Shown here in pieces: positions 35,755-41,251 of a DNA stretch of 41,251 nucleotides. How positions within the stretch are numbered: position 1 is the first letter of the stretch; each line of letters opens with the position of its first letter. The notes beneath the pieces are model-generated. The model worked only from the letters and a program-made list of their open reading frames with translations, did not search any database and was not told where the DNA came from. This DNA comes from Octopus sinensis (Eukaryota), in assembly GCF_006345805.1 (NCBI RefSeq), contig NW_021835310.1:1-41251 (forward strand), in the 5' to 3' direction. The position numbers and the translations under genes were made by a program.

Positions 35755-35945
35755 AAATAATCCAGAATCCTTGTCCGGTACCGGATCGATCCCAAAATAT
35801 AATCAGTTTGTGGCAGTCACGAGGCCAAACATCCCTGAAAGTTTCATCCGAATCCATCCAGCAGTTCTTGAGATATCTTGTCCAAGGGCAAATAAACATG
35901 ACTGTAAACAATATCCCCGATTTCGCCAAGCCGGACGTAATAAAC
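35755..35945. mobile_element. Fragment of a short DNA element, possibly Helentron/HINE-like; related end at 33638-33690
   Basis: Degenerate gactgtaaacaatatccccgatttcgccaagccggacgtaataaa resembles the reverse complement of tttattacctccgccttagcgaaatcggaggtattgttttcagtc (terminal GC hairpin). Confidence 0.4.
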
Positions 35946-36000
35946 AAGCAAAAATAATAAAATAAAATAAAATTAATAATAATAATAATAATGATAATAA

Positions 36001-36209
36001 GACTAAAACAATACCTGTTGTCATAGGTGCCCTGGGAATCATAGCGAAAGGGACTGATTGCTACCTAACTCAGATACCAGGAAACCCCAACATGGCAGAA
36101 ATTCAAAATATGGTGCTCATGGGAACTGCTCATATCCTACGCAAAATACTCTCTATGTAATCCCAAGGTTTAAAACAAACTTTTTTTTATTTTTATTTTT
36201 AATTTTTTT

Positions 36210-36241
<32 letters not shown>

Positions 36242-36423
36242 AATTTTTTTTATGTATAAGACATTCAAGAGTACAACACCAAAAAAAACAACAACCCCCG
36301 CCCCCAAATATATGGCACAGAACTTCCAACCTGTTGTCTCTTGAGGTCTCTGGGTGAGACTTGGAGCCAACTTGTACAGACATAAAGCAAAAGTCAAACA
36401 TAGAATAATAATAATAATAATAA
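36001..36423 (+). mobile_element. 3' end of an R4/Dong-like RLE LINE within (TAA)n
   Basis: TIPVVIGALGIIAKG...IQNMVLMGTAHILRKILSM* (stop 36158-36160); (TAA)n on both sides. Confidence 0.8.
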
Positions 36424-36554
36424 CAGTCAAGTCCTGGAATCAATGTTACCACCTAACTCTCTCCCGCTAAACTTGATAGTCTTGTGCTAAAATTTGGAAC
36501 TGCAGTTGTTATTATTATTATTATTATCATTATTATTATTATTATTATTATTAT

Positions 36555-36604
<50 letters not shown>

Positions 36605-36618
36605 TCATCATCATTATT

Positions 36619-37046
36619 AAGGCAGGGAGCTAGCAGAATCGTTAGCACGCCGAGCGAAATGCTTAGCAGTATTTAAACTCTGCCGCTACGTTCTGAGTTC
36701 AAATTCCGCCGAGGTCGACTTCGCCTTTTATTCTTTCGGAGTCTATAAATTAAGTGTCAGTGAAACACTAGGGTCGATGTACTCGACTAGTCCCGTCCCC
36801 CATAATTTTAAGCCTTGTGCCTTCAGTAGAAAGGATCATTATTATTATTATTATTAATTTTTTTTTTTTTTCTGAGTACAAATTTTATGTTCAAATTTTA
36901 TGTTCTGAGTTCAAATTTTGCCGAGGTCGACTTTGCCATTCATCCTTTCGGGGTCGATAAATTAAGTACCAATGAAGCATTGGGGTTGGTGTAATCGACT
37001 ACTGCCTTCCCACCAAATTTTAGGCTTTGTGGCTTTAGTAGAAACG
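36619..37046 (+). mobile_element. Two SINE-C copies with (ATT)n tails (36619-36850, 36895-37046)
   Basis: Head ggcagggagctagcagaatcgttagc, B-box gagttcaaattcc, tail agtagaaa(g/c)gattattatt. Confidence 0.85.
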
Positions 37047-37061
37047 ATTATTATTATTATA

Positions 37062-37111
<50 letters not shown>

Positions 37112-37112
37112 C

Positions 37113-37770
37113 ATCTCAGGTTTTGTTGGAAATCCTTCTATTTTTGCATGCGTAGCAGGCTTGCTGCCTGCAACCTACTGTACCATGCTGTCTGTCCTTT
37201 TCAATTTTCTAATACTTTCCTGATTATTCTGGCCGTCCCAAGGAGGCAAACCTTATGTAACAGTCCTACAGGGCACTCTATTCAAATTCTCTTGAAATTC
37301 TTCTTGATGCCTTCTGAACCCTGGCGGCGATGCAATCGATTTAGCCCCATCTCCGAAATTACTGGACTTGTGACAAAATGTGAAACCATTATTATAATTG
37401 CTGTTATTCATAATTCGTTAAATATATGAAAAAAAAAAAGGCGGGGTTCTCGTCAATGTGTTTACAGATTTGATGTACATCAGTCTATTTGCGCTATTAA
37501 CAAACGTGATAATAATTACATTCCTTAAGAACAATAAGTTGTCTTCTTTTTTGAATTCGACGGCTAAGTCATGAAATTTCTTAACTCTCTATTTCTCATC
37601 CACACATTAAAGTCATTTGGTATTGTTATATCGATAATTAGCAAACTATTGATGTATTTGTTATAGGGAAGATGCTATCAGTCTTGTTTTGTGTTCTCCA
37701 GTGTTAATAGTCTGTCTGTAGGCAGCCGTTTCATTCGATGGTTTCGTTGGTATTTTCAAGACCGGCAAGT
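37113..37770 (-). mobile_element. Degenerate R4/Dong-like RLE LINE 3' region with (TAA)n tail
   Basis: Minus strand LHKVCLLGTARIIRKVLEN* at about 37200-37270; upstream (about 37530-37740) TDR..LLIIDITIPND..KFHDLAVEFKK with stops and frameshifts. Confidence 0.6.
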
Positions 37771-37929
37771 ATTCATAAGAATACCACAATTATAACATTT
37801 TTTACTACTGCTGCTGCTGCCTCTGCTGCTACTGCTGCTGCTGCTCCTGCTAGTACTGCTAGTACTGCTGTTGCTGCTGCTGCTGCCGCTGCTACCTCTG
37901 CTGCTTGATACAGGGTGTCTTAAGTTTTA

Positions 37930-38126
37930 TTGATGGCAGAATCGTTAGCACGCTGGACGAAATGCTTAGCAGTATTTCGCCCGTCGCTAACTTCTGAGTT
38001 CAAATTCCGCCGAGGTCGACTTCCCCTTTTTTTTCTTTCGAATAAATTGAGTACTGGGGTGGATTTAATCGACTATCCCTTTCCCCAAAATTTCAGGCCT
38101 TATGCCTATAGTAGAAAGTATTATTG
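37930..38126 (+). mobile_element. SINE family C
   Basis: Matches 36619-36850. Confidence 0.85.
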
Positions 38127-38197
38127 TTGGTACAAAAGTCTAGATTTTTCTTTTTTGTATTTAAAGTGTCACATATATAAAGAAGATATCCTAATGT

Positions 38198-38518
38198 GTA
38201 GGAGTGGCTGTGTGGTAAGTAGCTTGCTTACGAACCACATGGTTCCGGGTTCAGTCCCACTGCGTGGCACCTTGGGCAAGTGTCTTCTACTATAGCCTCG
38301 GGCCGACCAAAGCCTTATGCGTGGATTTGTTAGACGGAAACTGAAAGAAGGCCGTCGTATATATGTATATATGTGTATGTGTGTGTGTGTGTATCTTTGT
38401 GTGTCTGCGTTTGTCCTCCCAACATCGCTTGACAACCGATGCTGGTGTGTTTACGTCCCCGTAACTTAGCGGTTCGGCAAAAAAGACCGATAGAATAAGT
38501 ACTAGGCTTACAAAGAAT
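38198..38518 (+). mobile_element. SINE family B, 3' end lost in (TA)n
   Basis: Matches 22165 onward. Confidence 0.88.
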
Positions 38519-38523
38519 GCTTA

Positions 38524-38563
<40 letters not shown>

Positions 38564-38959
38564 GAGAGAGAAAGAGAGAGAGAAATGTTTCTCTCTCTCT
38601 CCCTACCTCTTTCTCTTTCTCTGTACATACACACACGCACACACACGCGCACACACACACTCATATATATATATGTATTTCTTTTTTCATGCAGAAAAAT
38701 AGCCGAAGAGACGGTCATGCTGAAACATACTAGGTTATTAGAGTGCAGGCTGACGTTTAGGTTCAAGATGCATGAAACGCTTATGTCTATAAAGGTGACC
38801 TGGGGCACAATAACACATCCAAGACAATTGCCACGTTATCAGCTGGTCTGCTCCATAAAGACATTCCATCTAAATTATAATATCTGCACCATTCAACGAG
38901 GATAACTTTGTATCAGCTTAACATATAACCTCGACAAATTTGATAAAGGAGACTTAAAG

Positions 38960-39593
38960 CAGTGGTTCTTAACTGGGGTCCAAATGGACCCTTGAGATTC
39001 GATGTAAGATTTTTGGGGACCCACACAACAAAATAGTAAATTGGGGTTCCACAGTAATATCTGAAGGGTCCCTGGAAGCATTTTGATTTAGATGCTAGAA
39101 ATATTTAGGTTTCTTTCTCTAACATTTTATGTAGTTCAACCTACTCAAGTTGTTTGTTCCTTCTCAAGCCACGCCTGGCTCATAAGGGCCGGTTTCCCGG
39201 TTTCCTTGGCGTATAGGTTCACCATCTGGACGGGACGCCGGTCCGTCGCATGATGCAGGAGGAAAGAATGAGAGAAAGTTGTGGCGAAAGAGTCAGCAGA
39301 AGTTCGCCATTACCTTCTGCCGAAGCCGCGTGGAGCTTAGGTGTTTCGCTCATAAACACACACATCGCCCGGTCTGAGATTCGAACCCGCGATCTCCCGA
39401 CTGCGAGTCCGCTGCTCTATCCACTAGGCCATGTGCCTCCACCTTACACAAGTCAATGTTTGAAAACCAAAATAGGAATTTTGAAAGAGGTTTCTATGTA
39501 ACTAGATTTTAAGCAACAAATGGCTATGGGGATCCACCTGAATAAAATACTAATCAAAGGGGTCCATCGATAAAAACTGGACGAGAACCCCCG
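38960..39593. mobile_element. hAT (Charlie-like) MITE interrupted by a SINE-A
   Basis: Left TIR cagtggttcttaac; degenerate right TIR gacgagaacccccg; 8-bp flanks acttaaag / atttagag (6/8 identical). Confidence 0.6.
39150..39442 (-). mobile_element. Diverged SINE family A, tail type 1
   Basis: Same head and same alternative tail as 346-654. Confidence 0.8.
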
Positions 39594-39737
39594 ATTTAGA
39601 GAAACTGAAATACCAACTGGGCATGACAATTCTAGCCATACAAGGGAGAACGACAGGAGATTTAGACAACTACAGCTACAAGAACACACAGGATGAGTGA
39701 GACCTGAATACACTTTTGGTGAAACGTGCTAGGCTTG

Positions 39738-40178
39738 ATGAAGGCGGCGAGCTGGCAGAAACGTTAGCACGCTGGGTGAAATTCTTAGTAGTATTTCGTC
39801 TGCCGTTACGTTCTGAGTTCAAATTCCTGCCGAGGTCGACTTTGCCTTTCATCCTTTCGGGGTCGATAAATTAAGTAGCAGTTACGCACTTTGGTCGATG
39901 TGATCGACTTAAAGCCTTTGTCTGTCCTTGTTTGTCCTCTCTGTGTTTAGCCCCTTGTGGGTAGTAAAGAAATAGGTATTTCGTCTGTCGCTACGTTCTG
40001 AGTTCAAATGCCGCCGAGGTCGACTTTGCCTTTTATCCTTTCGGGGTCGATAAATTAAGCACCAGTTACGCACTGGGGTCGATGTAATCGACTTAAAGCC
40101 TTTGTTTGTCCTTGTTTGTCCTTGCTATGTTTAGCCCCTTGTGGGCAAAAAAAAAAAAAATAAAATAAAATAAACTAA
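39738..40178 (+). mobile_element. Dimeric SINE-C with an A-rich tail and a 17-bp TSD
   Basis: TSD gaaacgtgctaggcttg at 39721-39737 and 40179-40195; second unit starts at the ggtattt junction (39975-39981). Confidence 0.9.
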
Positions 40179-40811
40179 GAAACGTGCTAGGCTTGTTAAT
40201 CACTTTTGAACATAGCTCTACTTGAACAAGATCGGGGATAAACAAGAACAAGTTCTATAACAGCTATACAAAAAAGGTTCTGTGTAGTAAATACATTTTT
40301 GCCAGCAACATTCAATGTCACAACATCAATACTGGTGATTTGTCTGTGAATTCAATGAAACATTGTTGACTTTGATTCAAACCTTTTTTTTTATATCACT
40401 ATATTTATATTTTATTTTGTTTCCTATATTTTTTCTATATTCATTCCTTGCAGTTATATTTCTTTTTCCCTTATTTTTCCATTTTTTTTTATCTGATTCA
40501 ATCACTTGTTATTATTTTATTTGTGTATTTCTTTTTATTTAATTTTTATGTTTCTCCAAAGTTGCCATATTTCTTGTAGACACAGACTAAATTTTAATCA
40601 TTTGTGTCATGCCATAGGCTCATATTAAACCTCATAGAAACATATTCGTCACCAATATACGCGTTTGTGTATGTGTTTATGTGCGTAAATTTAAAGATGT
40701 GTATTGATGTAAAAATACATACATACGTATGTCGTACAGATGTATATATGTATGCATGTTATAGAGATATACTCATATATATTTGAATATATATATATAG
40801 TACATATATAC

Positions 40812-40860
<49 letters not shown>

Positions 40861-40865
40861 TACAT

Positions 40866-40896
<31 letters not shown>

Positions 40897-41049
40897 ATAT
40901 ATATATACATACATATATAATATATTGAGTGCGTTATGTGTATGTGTATACACCCACAAATACATACATATACATGCATATATACTAGTGTATAAGACGT
41001 ATGGTAAGATGATTCTATACAAGCACACACAGGCGAAAGTATATATATG

Positions 41050-41088
<39 letters not shown>

Positions 41089-41106
41089 ATATATATATAT
41101 ATATAT

Positions 41107-41251
41107 AGGTGCAGGCATGGCTCTGTGGTAAGAAGTTTGCTTTTCAACCAAATGGTTCCGGGTTCAGTCACACTGCGTGACACTTTGGGGAAGTGTCTTC
41201 TGCTATAACCTCGGGACGACCAAAGGCCTCGTTATTGGATTTGGTGAGGAA
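41107..41251 (+). mobile_element. SINE family B head, cut by the window end
   Basis: ggtgcaggcatggctctgtgg...ggttccgggttcagtc...gtgtcttctgctata. Confidence 0.8.

Noticed and set aside
37908-37925. TA|CAGGGTGTC possible Tc1 terminus
   Set aside because: Under 20 bp before a SINE interrupts; no partner TIR or coding remnant.
38585-38905. 106-aa ORF as a possible host exon
   Set aside because: Starts in microsatellite; no recognisable domain or convincing splice sites.

Overview
Repeat-dense eukaryotic non-coding DNA. It is inferred to be Octopus from the recalled tRNA-derived SINE families and the extreme (TA)/(CA)/(ACAT)/(TAA) microsatellite load. No host protein-coding exon, RNA gene or CRISPR array is supported; most ORFs in the track are microsatellite read-through. 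Decayed transposon coding remnants: a 5'-truncated RTE LINE with an RT pseudogene (15948-18434, -), a Helitron with a PIF1 helicase fragment (19193-20044) and four short relatives, two maT/DD37D-like and one DD34D mariner deletion derivatives, and several RLE-endonuclease (R4/Dong-like) LINE ends sitting in microsatellites. Also present are four SINE families (my labels A-D), MITEs and a 3.2-kb 48-bp minisatellite. The main discovery is a set of type I hammerhead ribozymes (HHR) inside small non-coding, (TA)n-flanked elements. Two intact HHRs lie 511 nt apart in a 510-bp tandem repeat that has an inverted arm (12751-13925), a retrozyme / Penelope pseudo-LTR-like layout. A second family has three copies with compensatory stem II changes (14989, 30839, 32873), a candidate HHR lies inside a solo-LTR-like unit (14062-14381), and there is one degenerate core. 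All RNA folds were derived by hand; activity is untested.
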